This document shows positions 1 through 12,759 of a stretch of DNA of 64,000 nucleotides, one piece after another. Position 1 is the first letter of the stretch, and every line of letters begins with the position of its first letter. The notes under the pieces are model-generated. The model was not told the DNA's origin and ran no database searches. It saw only the letters and a program-made list of their open reading frames with translations. A program made the translations under genes and the position numbers. This stretch comes from Heptranchias perlo (lineage: Eukaryota): NCBI RefSeq assembly GCF_035084215.1, contig NC_090352.1:23126001-23190000 (forward strand), read 5' to 3'.

Positions 1-35
1 ACTGCATTGCATTTTTTGTGGGTACGAATTACTCA

Positions 36-88
36 ATTTTGGAGGGAATTACTCACTCCATTTTGGAGGGAATCAATCACTCCATTTT
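36..88. repeat. Short tandem duplication, 24-bp unit x2
   Basis: attttggagggaattactcactcc / attttggagggaatcaatcactcc followed by atttt. Confidence 0.8.
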
Positions 89-289
89 CTCTCCAGAAGG
101 CCTTAACTGCCCATCATACCACCTGTGCTCGAGGGTGGATCAGTGTATACCTTTCCATTATCCATCAACAATAATACTCTGAGTGAGCCATTAGAAAATA
201 TCTGGCCTAAGGCAGACTGCTAAAGTATCCCCACAGCAGCAGAAACTCAGTGAAATGGCGATTGAATTGAAAATGCTGGAAATACGAAC

Positions 290-612
290 ATAGGAAAAGA
301 TGGATAGGAAAAGACCAGCCAGTCCATTAAGCCTGTCATGACAGATCAAAGCATCATGACTCCCAGTGTTCCCTTCCAATTGTAGTCATGTCATGTCCTG
401 GGAGAGGTGAAAAAACAGATGAAAAGAAAAACCCTTGCCCAATTCAGAGAAAAATAATCTGGGAAATTTCTCTCCGACCCCTGAAGTGAATCAAAATGAG
501 TTGCAGGAAATCATAGTGACCGTGGGGCACATACCCAATGTCCCACCTACATTTTGTATGCAGTGATATTAGCCACAGCAATGAACTCATCCAGCTCTAA
601 TTTGAACTGTTG
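290..612 (-). mobile_element. Old CR1-type LINE 3' end/3'UTR fragment
   Basis: tggataggaaaagaccagccagtccattaagcctgtc...ctgggagag...ggaaattt matches 48555-48780 (same strand) and, inverted, the terminus at 17325-17370 of a CR1 RT relic. Confidence 0.65.
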
Positions 613-860
613 CAGAGAACAGAATGGATCCATCCCCAGCCGTCACTGCTCCCCCTCCAATTAAAATTGCAGATTGGGTCCCAATGACATCAATGGGACA
701 TGATCTGCATATTTAAAGAGGACCCCACTGCCATCCTGCGGGTGTCCTGCTTGCCTACTCACAACAGCAGGTTAACATTGGGACATGGCGAGAAGGTAAC
801 GGGATCAGAGGGGGTAAGTCGCTGCCCTTATTTTAACTGCCCTCTGCTTGGTTTCCACCA

Positions 861-1007
861 TGATGTGGAGATGCCGGTGATGGACTGGGGTTGACAATTG
901 TAAACAATTTTACAACACCAAGTTATAGTCCAGCAATTTTATTTGAAAATCACAAGCTTTCGGAGGCTTCCTCCTTCCTCAGGTGAAAGTCAAGGAAGCC
1001 TCGAACC
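861..1007 (-). mobile_element. Short Penelope-like terminal (pseudo-LTR) insertion, family A
   Basis: Near-identical to 21443-21565 and to the reverse complement of 41944-42070; flanked by TCCACCA (854-860, 1008-1014). Confidence 0.8.
950..986 (-). ncRNA. Minimal type I hammerhead ribozyme motif
   Basis: Minus strand TCAC-CTGAGGA-A-GGAGG-AAG-CCTCC-GAAA-GC-TT-GTGA: stem I, conserved core, 5-bp stem II, palindromic AAGCTT stem III. Confidence 0.7.
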
Positions 1008-1159
1008 TCCACCAGGCAGTGGGAGTTAAAATTGGGGCCTTAGAGACTGCACTTGTGTCATAAATAAGGGATTATACGCCACTGCAGGTTAGCGTCCAGT
1101 GCCTCTGAATCCAGCACCATTCACCCCTAATGTTCAAGAATAACAGTCCTGAGCTGAGC

Positions 1160-1680
1160 TTTTTACTCCAGATCTGGTCTGTCACCAAGACTGCATTTTT
1201 ACACCTCTAGACCATTACTTGCTTACCTCTTGCCCACTGCTGGTGAAACCTAACCCATCAAGGACTGATTTCTCCAGAGCTCTCTTTGTCAGCCTCCATC
1301 CATTACAAACTTCAGCTAATTCAGAACTTCCTGCACAACATGAGATCTTCGTCTACATCTTCAAGCATCTCCACGGCCTTGCTCCACCCTATCTAAGGTG
1401 ACCTTTTTCAGCCATACACCCTTGCTTGCACCTCCACTTCTCCGATTCTGAATTACTACCTGTTGTCACTACTTCTGCTCCAGCGTAGTCGGAATGTCCC
1501 TCTCCTCTATAATTCTCCCTCAAAACTACTTTTTCTCCCTCCCTGGCTTCAAGCCTCCTGAAAAACCTATTTGACATACCCTGTCATTGTCCCTGCTAAA
1601 TTTCTTGCTCAGTGTTCACTTTCCTGCCTATCTAAGCATTGTGAATTGTTTCTTTTATATCAGAAGTGCTACATAAATCC
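1160..1680 (+). mobile_element. Decayed L2 LINE 3' region
   Basis: Residual peptide IFVYIFKHLHGLAPPYL and a degenerate version of the L2 tail seen in the other copies. Confidence 0.6.
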
Positions 1681-2718
1681 ACACTTATGTTATTTGAATT
1701 TGATAGCTATCAATGTGCACATAGTTGCATAATGTTTTGCTTCTAGGCATTTGATAGCTTTACAATTCCAACTAAATTCAGCTAATACATCAATTGCAGC
1801 AAACTCCACTCCCCTCCCCACTCCCCAAGGTCCACAACAGGGGAATGTTATTTCAGTAACATAATTTGCAATCAAACTGTTCTAAAATAGAAAACCTATT
1901 AATGAATATAATGCACTCAGTCCTAGCTTAAAAGAAAGCAGCAGGTACATTATTTTGAGACTGTGTTGTATTGTTTTGTTATGTGTTTGGGAGACTCAAC
2001 TGAAACAGTAGTTTTTCTGGGATTGAAAGGAAAGATTTCACACTATCCCTGCAGTCAATAGCTACGCATTAGTCATTGTAATGCCATTGTTTATTGCTCA
2101 GAGGCACTGAGTTGTTTAATAATTCAGTGGTATATCTTGTTGTTAAATGGAATTTGGGCTTTACAAGAACCTGAGGCACTACTCGGGAACTAGACTCTGG
2201 CAGAAAACAGCGATTAGCGACTCAGTATTGTCTGAGCAAGAAATGAAAATCTTTGCACAGTTGCTTCTGTGCTTTGTTACACTTTATTAACTCTTTACGA
2301 CTGCAGCAGTCTTTCTGCACTAAAATTAAGATTACCATTAAGAAACCTTCTTTGATCTGTAGATCTCTCCCGTTCTTTTTCCCAACACAGTGCTGGGAAC
2401 CCAAGGGTAGTTTTTGTGAGAGATCAGGTGCACAATGGGCACAGGGGGATCGCAGAACTCGCTCAACAGGCCTCTTGCCTGCTTCCTACGACTTGCGGTT
2501 CTGTGTTTTGCTGAATTTTTTTGAACTGAATTACTTGCATCTATTTCATGCCTCAGCTTCGTTAAGGCCCCGCATTTGATACAAAGCTATGTAAATGAGA
2601 AACCTACCTCAGTTCTGTGGCTTTTGCACCAGGTTTACTCTCTTTTTTCCTGGAGCGCCCATTTTGAATGGGAGCAAGGAGAACTCCGTATCTGAAGGAG
2701 CTTTTAAAGTGGCTCTGG

Positions 2719-2887
2719 CACAACAACAACAACAACAACAACAGTGCATTTATATATCACCTTTAATGTAGTGAAATGTCCCAAGGCACTTCACAGGAGT
2801 GTAATCAGACAAAAATTGACACCGAGCCACAGAAGAAGACATTAGGGCAGATGACTAAATGCTTGGTCAAAGAGGTAAGTTTTAAGC
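2719..2887 (-). mobile_element. L2 LINE 3' tail with (CAA)n end
   Basis: Reverse complement of the tail at 28300-28448 and 33060-33207; (caa)n at 2719-2742. Confidence 0.8.
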
Positions 2888-2889
2888 AC

Positions 2890-3775
2890 CAATGATTTAT
2901 AAACCTCACTGTTTCGGCTCAATATTGACCTTTTTAATATATCCCAACATCTGAGTTGCTTTACTTACTGTCACCGAGTATTGTTGCAATTGCTTCAATT
3001 TATTGTCAACCAGATCTCTTTCCTTTTCCAGACTGATTATTTTCTTTCCATTTAAATAACAGTCCCTTCCTGTACTTTTGTCCCCATGTGAAGTACTTTG
3101 CATTTCTCTACATTGAATTTCATCTGCCATCTGTCTACTCAATTCCCAAGTATATTCAAATCCTCCTGTAGCCCATCCTGTTCTGCTTTGGATTCTACCG
3201 CCTTTGTTAGCTTTATGTCATCCGCAAATTTAGCCATTGTGCTTGTGTCTCCTAGCTCTAGATTATTTATAAAGGTATTAAACTAAAGAGGTCCCAAAAC
3301 AGATGACTGTGGGACCCCACTGTAACAATGTCCCAGGCTGATGACAATCCCTGTACGGCCACCTCTGGGTTCTATCAGTCAACTAATTGCGCATCAATTG
3401 TAAAATATTTCTACTGATTTTGGCTTTCTTTATTTTCAGTACCAGCCTTTCCAGAGAACTGTATCGAAGACCTAACTGAAATCCATGCACACCACATCCA
3501 TTACCTTATCCATATCAACCTTCTTTGCCAGACCCTCAAAGAAAATCAGTAAGTTAGATTGTCAAGACTTCCCCCTTCATGAACCTATATTGACATCTTT
3601 TATGATTTTATTTCAATCCAGATGCTCCATTATCTTATCTTTAATAAAGGTTTCCATAACTTTGCCCACAGCGGATGTCACACTCACTGGTCTGTAGCTT
3701 TATGGGTCACTTCTGCTACCTTTTTTAAAAATAGGAGTAACATCTGCCTTTCTCCAATCCCCAGAGATTGAAGGA
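2890..3775 (-). mobile_element. Decayed CR1 RT fragment
   Basis: Minus-strand motifs: YRPVSVTS-like near 3690, FADD at ~3217-3228, ERDL...MLGYIK (ORF 2906-3142). Confidence 0.75.
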
Positions 3776-3983
3776 GGCTCGTTCTATGAGCACACCATCG
3801 CTGAATCAGCCTTTAAAACAAACACTTAGGATATGTTAATCTTTGCATGGTGTAATTTCAAAGCCGACACTTTTTCATGAAGGTTAACATTTGACTTTCA
3901 CCACAACAAAAACAAGGTGTTAAGCTCATGCTTTTTAACCGTTGAAATTTCAATGCTTTCAAATTTAGCGTCATTGTTGACAT

Positions 3984-4380
3984 ATAACAACAACTACTAC
4001 TACTCACATTTATATAGCGCCTTTAACGTAATAAAACATCCCAAGGCACTTCACAGCAGCGTTATCAAACAAAATTTGATACTGAGCCACATAAAGAGAT
4101 ATTAGGACAGGTGTCCAAAAGAGGTAGGTTTTAAGACATGTCTTAAAGGAGGAGAGGTAGAGATGTGGAGGGGTTTAGGGAGGGAATTCCAGAGCCTAGG
4201 GCCTAGGTGGCGGAAGGCATGGCCGCCAATGGCGGAGTGATTAAAATCGGGGATGCGGAAGAGGCCAGAATTGGAGGAGCACAGAGTCCTTGGAGGGTTG
4301 TAGAGCTGGAGAAGGTTACAGAGATAGGGAGGGGCGAGGCCATGGAGGGATTTGAAAACATGGATGAGAATTTTAAAATC
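3984..4380 (-). mobile_element. L2 LINE 3' end
   Basis: Colinear with 62661-63130 and the reverse complement of 28097-28448. Confidence 0.85.
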
Positions 4381-6039
4381 GTGTGTGTTTACTTTATCCT
4401 CCTTACTCCATCATTAGGCAACAAGTACAAGTCTACTGTTCAAATGGTCTTTCTAAAAGAAAGTAGCAAGTGCAAAAGTGACCCTATTAGTTTGCATAAT
4501 TGAATAGTAAATGAGATATCATCGATGCACAGGATTCCGAAACTGACAATGGGATACAGTCGGATGCCATTTTCTGAACAACATGCAAATAAAGCCCTGC
4601 AGCTGAACTCCCTGTTCCCCATTGATCCACTTCAATATTGTTTTGAAAGACAGCCATGAGACAACATGCACAGCATTAGCCACACAAGCTGCAGAGATGT
4701 ACTATAACATGCCTCTCTGCTACTGGAGCCTGTAGTTTTGCCAGCAGGGAAGTGCAGAGATTCTGATGATTACCCCTGAGGTAATTAAACCGACAGATGT
4801 TATAATTAACAGAAGATTCATCTTATCACTGCTAGCAAACTCCTGCGATGGATCCACTTGAGTTTTTATGTTTCACTTCTAGTAAATTAACTTTCAGATA
4901 CAAGTGTGCAGATTAAAGGGAAAACATAGCAAGAAATAATTCCCTCCGTTATGGTGTTGTAATTGCATCAGCCATTCACCTAGCGTAAAGCGTTGCTACT
5001 TTGGAAGAATCTAGAAGGATTGTCATCCTGCAGCCAAAAAAAAAGCTCCAGGCAAAACACTGTTGAAATTATATGGAAAATCCATTATTGCAAATTAATA
5101 TTTCTGTCATTGATAGTAGTTATTAATCATTAATGCCAGAGAGCAGATATTAAAGTGATAAACCACGTTGTGACCATGATTACAACAGGAATTATCCCCA
5201 GGCAACCAAATAAATAGCGTAGTGAGCTTGGGCTGCTTAATGGCGAGTTGTAAGCAGGTTATTCCCAATGCATTCTGTAAGTGTTGTGGTTTATGACTTT
5301 CTCATAATGCACATAAATCAAAGTCAATGTCGGTTATACCAAAATTAATCCAATCTATGAAGGAAATAGTGACTGGTTTATTTACTTTGATTTGTTCAAA
5401 TAAAAAATATGACAGTCCCTGAGATTCTTAAATATTTATTTGATAACATTTCTTTCTCATTAAAATAACTGCTTTAATGTACCCTACCTTCTGGATTAGA
5501 AGCTGCAACTACAACGAAAGGTGATTTTTCACTTCTGGTGCCACATAAAGACTATACGACCTACACGGATTGTGCTTTACTTAATCATAAAACCAACTTT
5601 TGGGCTAGATTAGAAACCACAAAATAAGATTTCATCTTAATTTCATAACAGAACCTCTATTTATTTCGGTGTGATTTGGAAGATATTACATTTTTCAATA
5701 AAGCCTGTTTTAAAAGGCCTGTTCTTTTAAGACTTCTAAGTTTGTTTTCATGATGAGGAGCTTCTTTTCTTTTCCCTTTTTTAGCTCTCTTGTTAAAAGT
5801 GGAGTGGTTAATCCACCCAACAGTCTTGAGGTCACATTATAGATTTCCTAATCTGGTCAATGCTGATCACTCAAACATGTTTGCTGCGGTTAAAACGATT
5901 TCCTCCAGTTCTCAGTTGGAGTGCTTTGTGATAGTGGCATATTCTCCTGCAGAGAAAAGAAATAACTGACACTCTCAATTCTATCACATTCTAGGACTGT
6001 CTCCTGCTGGCTGATCTCAGAGCAGCATTGGTCATGACT

Positions 6040-7135
6040 CTGGGGACCAGAAATTCGATGGTGCCTGAAAACGGGCATGCAGGATGCTGGCCGCATGCTT
6101 CATGCCTCTTCATATGGTCGCAGGAACCACATTAAATTGGTGCTGTCACTCATTATAACGGCTCAGGCATGCAGTCAGCTGTACATTCATTCCATACTTC
6201 GTCAGTGAGAAGAGGTTGCGGAGAAGGTTAATATCAAGAGCTTAGCTCCCAGGACATGGCTGCAATGTAGAAAAAAGTTCAATGACCCTCACCAGAGTCA
6301 TCAAGGTAAGAATCCTAACTCTCAGGTCTCTTACTCTCTACCCACATCTTCACCACCTGCAGACTAACTACTTACAATATTCTCCTCCCCCACTTACTTT
6401 CACTCTCCTAAAATCACTGCTTTGTGTTCTCTATTCATTGGATGTACACCTGTTTCAGCGGGCAGGAAATCGGTCTTCACTGATGCCACCTAAAGGCAGC
6501 CAGCACCTCTTAAAGGGGAGGTGCACTCAGGCTGTAGACAGATGGGAATGCTTTTGAAGAAAAAGATACAAGCCCTACAGATAGGGCCCCAGGTTCTCCA
6601 GTGCCACTTTGGAGGCCCTGGTCCAGGCTGTCGACTGGAGGAGGGAGATCCTGTTCCCTCAGGGGGAAAGCTCCCCAGGCACCTCCTTTGCCAGCAGGAA
6701 GAATTGCAGAGGAGGTTAATGCCAAGAGCTCAGCTCCCAGGACATGGCTGCAATGTAGAAAAAAATTCAATGACCTCACCAGAGTTGTCAAGGTAACAAT
6801 CCTAACTCTCACTTCAACTACTCTCTCCTCACAACTTCACCACCTGCAGCCTCACTACTCACAATACTCTACTCCCCCGCTTTCTTTCATTCTCCTACAA
6901 TCACTGCACCGCACTTCACTCCACCTCCTTCTCCTCAGACTCACACCTGCTGCACTTTCTACTCTTACCAATATTGCAACCCTCACTTCCCTACACCTCA
7001 CATCTTACACACAACATACAAACTATTGTACCATGACAGGCACATTCTCTAAACACCTCACAAGGCACTGACACCCTCCTTTCTTTCTTGCAGGAAAAAG
7101 TTGCGCACAACTTGCGGCAGGAGGCCAAAACCAAG
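6040..7135 (+). mobile_element. PIF/Harbinger-type Myb/SANT-like gene relic, internally duplicated
   Basis: IAEEVNAKSSAPRTWLQCRKKFNDLTRVVK, GT donor at 6793, CAG acceptor ending 7093, then EKVAHNLRQE; homologous to 60600-61260. Confidence 0.75.
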
Positions 7136-7136
7136 T

Positions 7137-7242
7137 CTTCAGTTCTGAGGGAGGGTTTGACCCCAAAATATTAACCTGCCGTTTCTCTTTTTCAGATGCT
7201 GATGGACCTGTTGCACATATCAAGCATTTTCTGTTTTTATTT
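7137..7242 (+). mobile_element. Penelope-like terminal fragment, family B, with degenerate hammerhead
   Basis: gttctgagggagggtttgaccccaaaatattaac...cagatgctg...gcattttctgtttttattt, similar to 13360-13450 and 41307-41433. Confidence 0.65.
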
Positions 7243-8262
7243 AAAATTAGTCCATGACTCTAGTCGACATCACCAGTATACAGTAACTCTTGGCATTTAA
7301 ATGAGGATGGAGGCCAGACCTGGCTCGGGCCTGAGGCAGGCACGGACTGGGACAAGGTGTGGTCACTGTGCTGACTTAGCGCCTGTTTTGGGCACAAGTC
7401 AAATTTATCCTCCACTTGTCTTTCCAAATAGTGCCATAAATTCTTATAAGAACAATCTTTTCTGTTCCTGCCAGTATGGATTCTCACACCTTGATGGCTG
7501 TAGAAATGCAAGTGTCATTGTCTTGGCAATGCGTGACAAGCTTTACCTCCTCCATTTCACATTTTGTCACCGGCAGTGGATGAAACAGAACATGGATCTG
7601 ACAGTCATAGCAACTTTTAATTAAGAAAAGCATTGTTTGCAACAAATGCATTGTGAGACGCTATACACAGGATGATTAATAATCTGAAAGATTTTTGTCA
7701 GTGTAAAGGATTAGTCTAGCCATCTACAAAATTAAAAAAGCAAGTAGGTATAATGAACAATTGTTATAAAAATCATTTGCTAATTTACTATCCAAATTAA
7801 AATTATACTCCAAAAAAATCTAGCCAATTAAGCAAATAAATGTGGCAAATCTAATTAGGTTTCTATTCAAAGAAATAAAGTACTTTAAAACATCTTCAAA
7901 ATGATATGACTTTCAAACTTTTCTTGCTTGTTTTATACCAGTTTGTGACATTTAAAAAAAAATTTAATTTTCTGCTCAAACAAAGTGATTTCATGAAACT
8001 ACACATACTCTTTGAGTTAATAAGCGTCAAGTATGAGGATAGAAACCAAAATTCTAGAAATCACTCTTGGCGATACTTGATGAATACTTAATGAGCTCAT
8101 ATGATATTCCCTTTTGTGCAATCTTAGTCGAAGCATTAATCTATCTAAACTACGCAGGTTAATGCCTGTGACAAAATAGTGGACAGAGGAATGCCATACA
8201 AATATATCAAGCATTTATCAGCAACAGAAATTGCGAGGCTAAAGTAACCCAAAAGAAAGGTC

Positions 8263-9415
8263 AAAAGCAAAATACTGCGGATGCTGGAAATCTGAAATAA
8301 AAACTGAAAATGCTGGAAATACTCGCGGAGGGGAAGGGAGGAGAAGATGTGTTTGGTGGTGGCGGAAATGGCGGAGGATGATGCGTTGAATGTGGAGGCT
8401 GGTGGGGTGGAAGGTGAGGACAAGGGGGACCCTCTCGTGATTCTGGGGGTGAGGGGAAGGGATGAGGGCAGAAGTGCAGGGAATGGGACGGACACGGTCA
8501 AGAGCCCTGTCAACTAGAGTGGAGGGGAATCCTCGGTTGAGGAAAAAGGAAGACATATCGGAAGCACTCGTGCGGAAGGTGGCTTCGTCTGAACAGATGC
8601 GACGGAAATGGAGAAACTGGGAGAAGGGAATAGAGTCCTTACAGAAAGCAGGGTGGGAGGACGTGTAATCAAGGTAGATGTGGGAGTCGATGGGTTTATA
8701 GTAGATATTGGTTGGCGGCCTATCCCCAGAAATGGAGATAGAGAAGTTGAGGAAAGGAAGGAAAGAGTTGGACCGTGTGAAGGTGAGGGAAGGGTGGAAA
8801 TTGGAAGCAAAGTTGATGAAATTTTCCAGTTCAGGATGAGAGCAGGAAACAGCACTGATACAGTTATCAATGTGCCGGAAAAAAGTGCTGAGGGAGGGGA
8901 CCTGAATAGGATTGGAACAAAGAATGTCCCATATAGCCCATAAAAAGGCAGGCATAGCTAGGACCCATACGGTTTCCCATAGCAACACCTTTTATTTGTT
9001 TTATTTGGAAGAAGTGAGTGGAATCAAAGGAGGAGTTGTTCAACAAAAGAACAAGTTCAGCCAGGTGGAGGAGGGTGTTGGTGGATGGGTACTGGTTGGG
9101 CCTCAATTCAAGGAAGAAGCGGAAGGCCCACCGGGGGATGGAGGCGTAGAGGGACTGGACGTCCATGGTGACAAGGAGGCGGTTAGGGCTGGGGAACAGG
9201 AAACTGTTAAAGTGGCAGAGGGTGTCGGAAGAGTCGTGGAAGTAGGTCGGAAAAGACTAGATGAGGGAAGAAAAAATGGAGTCAAGATAGGAAGAAATAA
9301 GTTCCATGGGGCAAGAACAGGCTGAAACGATGGTTCGACCGGGGGAGTCCTGTTTGTGGATCTTGGGAAGGAGGTAGAAGTGGACTGGGGTTGGGGGACT
9401 ATGAGGTTGGAGGCC
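8263..9415 (-). mobile_element. Penelope-like element RT fragment joined to a family B terminus
   Basis: MDVQSLY, QIKGVAMGNRMGPSYACLFMGY, RHIDNC (degenerate YIDD), IYYKPIDSHIYLDYTSSHP, RVPLVLTFHP; frameshifted. Confidence 0.9.
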
Positions 9416-9676
9416 AGAAGAGAAGTGTTCAGACAGGAAGGTTGATTTACATTAGATTCAGCTAGCGTTAACAGGGTGGTAACAGCCTCAAAATGGGGTC
9501 AGTAGCCTTACTGCCCCTTTAACCCTGAAGATGCGGCCGGCTCCATATTGAAAGGGGCCTATTGCCGTTGCGTCCAAAGCACCTGCCTGTTTTAGATGGC
9601 AGGCCCCTTTTAAAATGCAAATAGGGGTCCAATGACATAAATAGGACCCCGATTGCCATTTTAAGTTGGAATTGGT

Positions 9677-11752
9677 CAGCTGATGAATCAGTCCTCCTCC
9701 ATGTTGAGTGCCACTTGGAGGAAGCACTGAGGGTAGCAAGGGCACAGAATGTACTCTGGGTGGGGGTCTTCAATGTCCATCACCAAGAGTGGCTTGGTAG
9801 CACCTCTACTGACCGAGCTGGCTGAGTCCTGAAGGACATAGCTGCCAGACTGCTAAACAGCGGAAGCAGCTTGCTATAGACAGAGCTAAGTGATCTCACA
9901 ACCAACGGATCAGATCAAAGCTTTGCAGTCCTGCCACATCCAGTCACGAATGGCGGTGGACAATTAAGCAACCAACGGGAGAAGGAGGCTCCATGAACAT
10001 CCCTATCCTCAATGGCAGAGCCCAGCATGTGAGTGCAAAAGACAAGGCTGAAGTGTTTGCAACCATCTTCAGCCTGAAGTGCCGAGTGGATGATCCATCT
10101 CGGCCTCCTCCCGAGATCCCCACCATCACAGAAGCCAGTCTTCAGCCAATTCGATTCATTCCACGTGATATCAAGAAACAGCTGAGTGCACTGGACACAG
10201 CAAAGGCTATGGGCCGCGACAACATCCCGGCTGTAGTACTGAAGACTTGTGCTCCAGAACTAGCTGCACCTCTAGCCAAGCTGTTCCAGTGCAGCTACAA
10301 CACTGGCATCTACCTGATAATGTGGAAAATTGCCCAGGTATGTCCTGTCCACAAAAAGCAGGACAAATCCAATCCGGCCAATTACCGCCCCATCAGTCTA
10401 CTCTCAATCATCAGCAAAGTGATGGAAGGTGTCGTCGACAGTGCTAGCAAGTGGCACTTACTCACTAATAACCTGGTCACCGATGCTCAGTTTGGGTTCC
10501 ATCAGGTCCACTCGGCTCCAGACCTATTACAGCCTTGGTCAAAACATGGACAAAAGAGCTGAATTCCAGAGCTGAGATGCGAGTGACTGCCCTTGACATC
10601 AAGGTAGTATTTGACCGAGTGTGGCATCAAGGAGCCCTAGTAAAATTGAAGTCAATGGGAATTGGGGGAAAACTCTCCATTGGCTGAAGTCATACCTAGC
10701 ACAAAGGAAGATGGTAGTGGTTGTTGGAAGCCAATCATCTCAGACCCAGGACATCGCTGCAGGAGTTCCTCAGGGCAGTGTCCTTGGCCCAACCATCTTC
10801 AGCTGCTTCATCAATGATCTTCCCTCCATCATAAGGTCAGAAGTGCGGATGTTTGCTGATGATTGCACATGGAATTCGCAGTTCCATTCGCAAACGCTCA
10901 GATAATGAAGCAGTCCGTGCCTGCATGCAGAAAGGCCTGGATAATGTCCGGGCTTGGGCTGATAAATGGCAAGTAACACTCGCGCCAGACAAGTGCCAGG
11001 CAATGACCATCTCCAACAAGAGAGGGTCTAACCACATCCCCTTAACATTCAACGGCATTACCATCGCGGCAACCCCACCATCAACATCCTGGGGGTCACC
11101 ATTGACCAAAAACTTAACTGGACCAGCCACATAAATACAGTGGCTACAAGAGCAGGTCAGGGGCTGGGTATTCTGTGGCGAGTGACTCACCACCTGACTC
11201 CCCAAAGCTTTTCCACCATCTACAAGGCACAAGTCAGGAGTGTGATGGAATACTCTCCACTTGCCTGGATGAGTGCAGCTCCAACAACACTCAAGAAGCT
11301 CGACACCATCCAGGATTAAGCAGCCCGCTTGATTGGACCCCATCCACCACCCTGAACATTCATTCCCTTCACCACCGGCGCACCGTGGCTGCAGTGTGTA
11401 CCATCCACAGGATGCACTGCAGCAACTCGTCAAGGCTTCTTCGACAGCACCTCCCAAATCCGGACCTCAACCATCTAGAAGGACAAGGGCATCACTTACA
11501 TGGGAACAACACCACCTGCACGTTCCTCTCCAAGTCACACTCCATCCTGACTTGGAAATATATCGCCGTTCCTTCATCATCGCCGGGTCAAAATCCTGGA
11601 ACTCCCTTCCTAACAGTACTGTGGGAGAACCTTCACCATACGGAATGCAGCGGGTCAAGAAGGCGGCTCACCACCAAGGGCAAGGGCAATTAAGGATGGG
11701 CAATAAATGCTAGTCTTGCCAGCGACATCCACATCCCATGAATGAATTAAAA
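9677..11752 (+). mobile_element. CR1/jockey-group LINE, partial EN + RT + 3' tail, internally deleted and frameshifted
   Basis: VLWVG.FNVHH (EN), NYRPISLLS, GVPQGSVLGP, MFADD; tail gggcaataaatgct...cacatcccatgaatgaat. Confidence 0.9.
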
Positions 11753-11756
11753 ACAG

Positions 11757-12016
11757 ACGTAAGCTTAAAATTAGAGCTAGACCATTCAGGGGTGATGTCA
11801 GGTTCTTCATGCAAAAGGTAGTGGAAATCTGGAACTCTCTCCCCCAAAAGGCTGCTGAGGCTAGGTCAATTGAAAATTTCAAAACTGAGAAAGATAGATT
11901 TTTGTTAGGCAGGGTTATTAAGGGATATGGAATCAAAGCTGGTAAATGGGGTTAAGATACAGATCAGCCATGATCTAATTGAATGGCAGAGTAGGCTCGA
12001 GGGGCTGAATGGCCTA
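11757..12016 (+). mobile_element. CR1 3' end
   Basis: Closely similar to 30058-30322 and 60300-60555. Confidence 0.85.
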
Positions 12017-12759
12017 CGAGCCGAAGAAGCCCACCAAGGTAAGTTTGGATTTTTTTTTGTGGTGGCAGGAGGTGCAGGAATGATATTCCAGGTTCCGCAA
12101 AAATAATCTGGGCCACTGACCCCCCAGGTCCTCCCCATCTCCAGAACTTACCTTGCTGGCAGCCAGGGTGGCCAGATATTGAGAGGCCTCACTCTGCAGG
12201 GCTATTTTGGGACACCTGTTCGGCTCTCCAACTCAATGTAAATGAAGCCAGGGCCTCAAAATTGCGGCCACCTCTTCACTTCGAGTGTGGGCGACCGAAT
12301 GGCACATTCCACCAGTCAGTCGCTCAAAAGTCAAGATCAACCCCAGGTTCCCCAAACGCTCTGCAACATCTTTAGAATGGTGAATAAAGTGAGAAGACAC
12401 TATACAGGGTAACACATGAGTGACACTGCAATAGGAGAATTATTTCAAGATTGTAAAAGGCTTCTAAGTCACTGTCAATTGCATGATGTTTTATTAATTA
12501 GATGGGTTAGCTTCTGGAATATCTCATGCAGTAATAATTAACTGCAGTTAGTTCCATATTTTGTTTGTTTCATGCAGTTAACGTCATTACCTCTGGCTTA
12601 CTGCAATGCCCCTGATAAAAATCATTATTTGCTGGAGTTAATTTAACCCATTCCTCTCACTGGGAGACTGCACCACCTTAAACTCCAGTCACATTTTTCT
12701 CAGCATGTGAGAGCAAGAGCTTCAGAAGCAACAAAATACCCAACAAAAAGTAAGATACC

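Larger units (their letters stand above)
640..1040. mobile_element. MITE-like non-autonomous DNA element fragment, interrupted by a PLE insertion
   Basis: Similar to 62330-62510 (cccaatga...tgcatattt...aggaccc...tattttaactg); ends gttaaaattggggcc. Confidence 0.45.

Noticed and set aside
2386-2417. CACAGTG near AGTTTTTGT as a V(D)J recombination signal
   Set aside because: The nonamer is in the wrong orientation and the spacing is not 12/23; no V or J segment nearby.
8462-9325. Plus-strand ORFs of 68-137 aa
   Set aside because: Antisense shadows of the Penelope RT.
10837-11457. 206-aa minus-strand ORF
   Set aside because: Antisense to the LINE RT; no independent protein signature.
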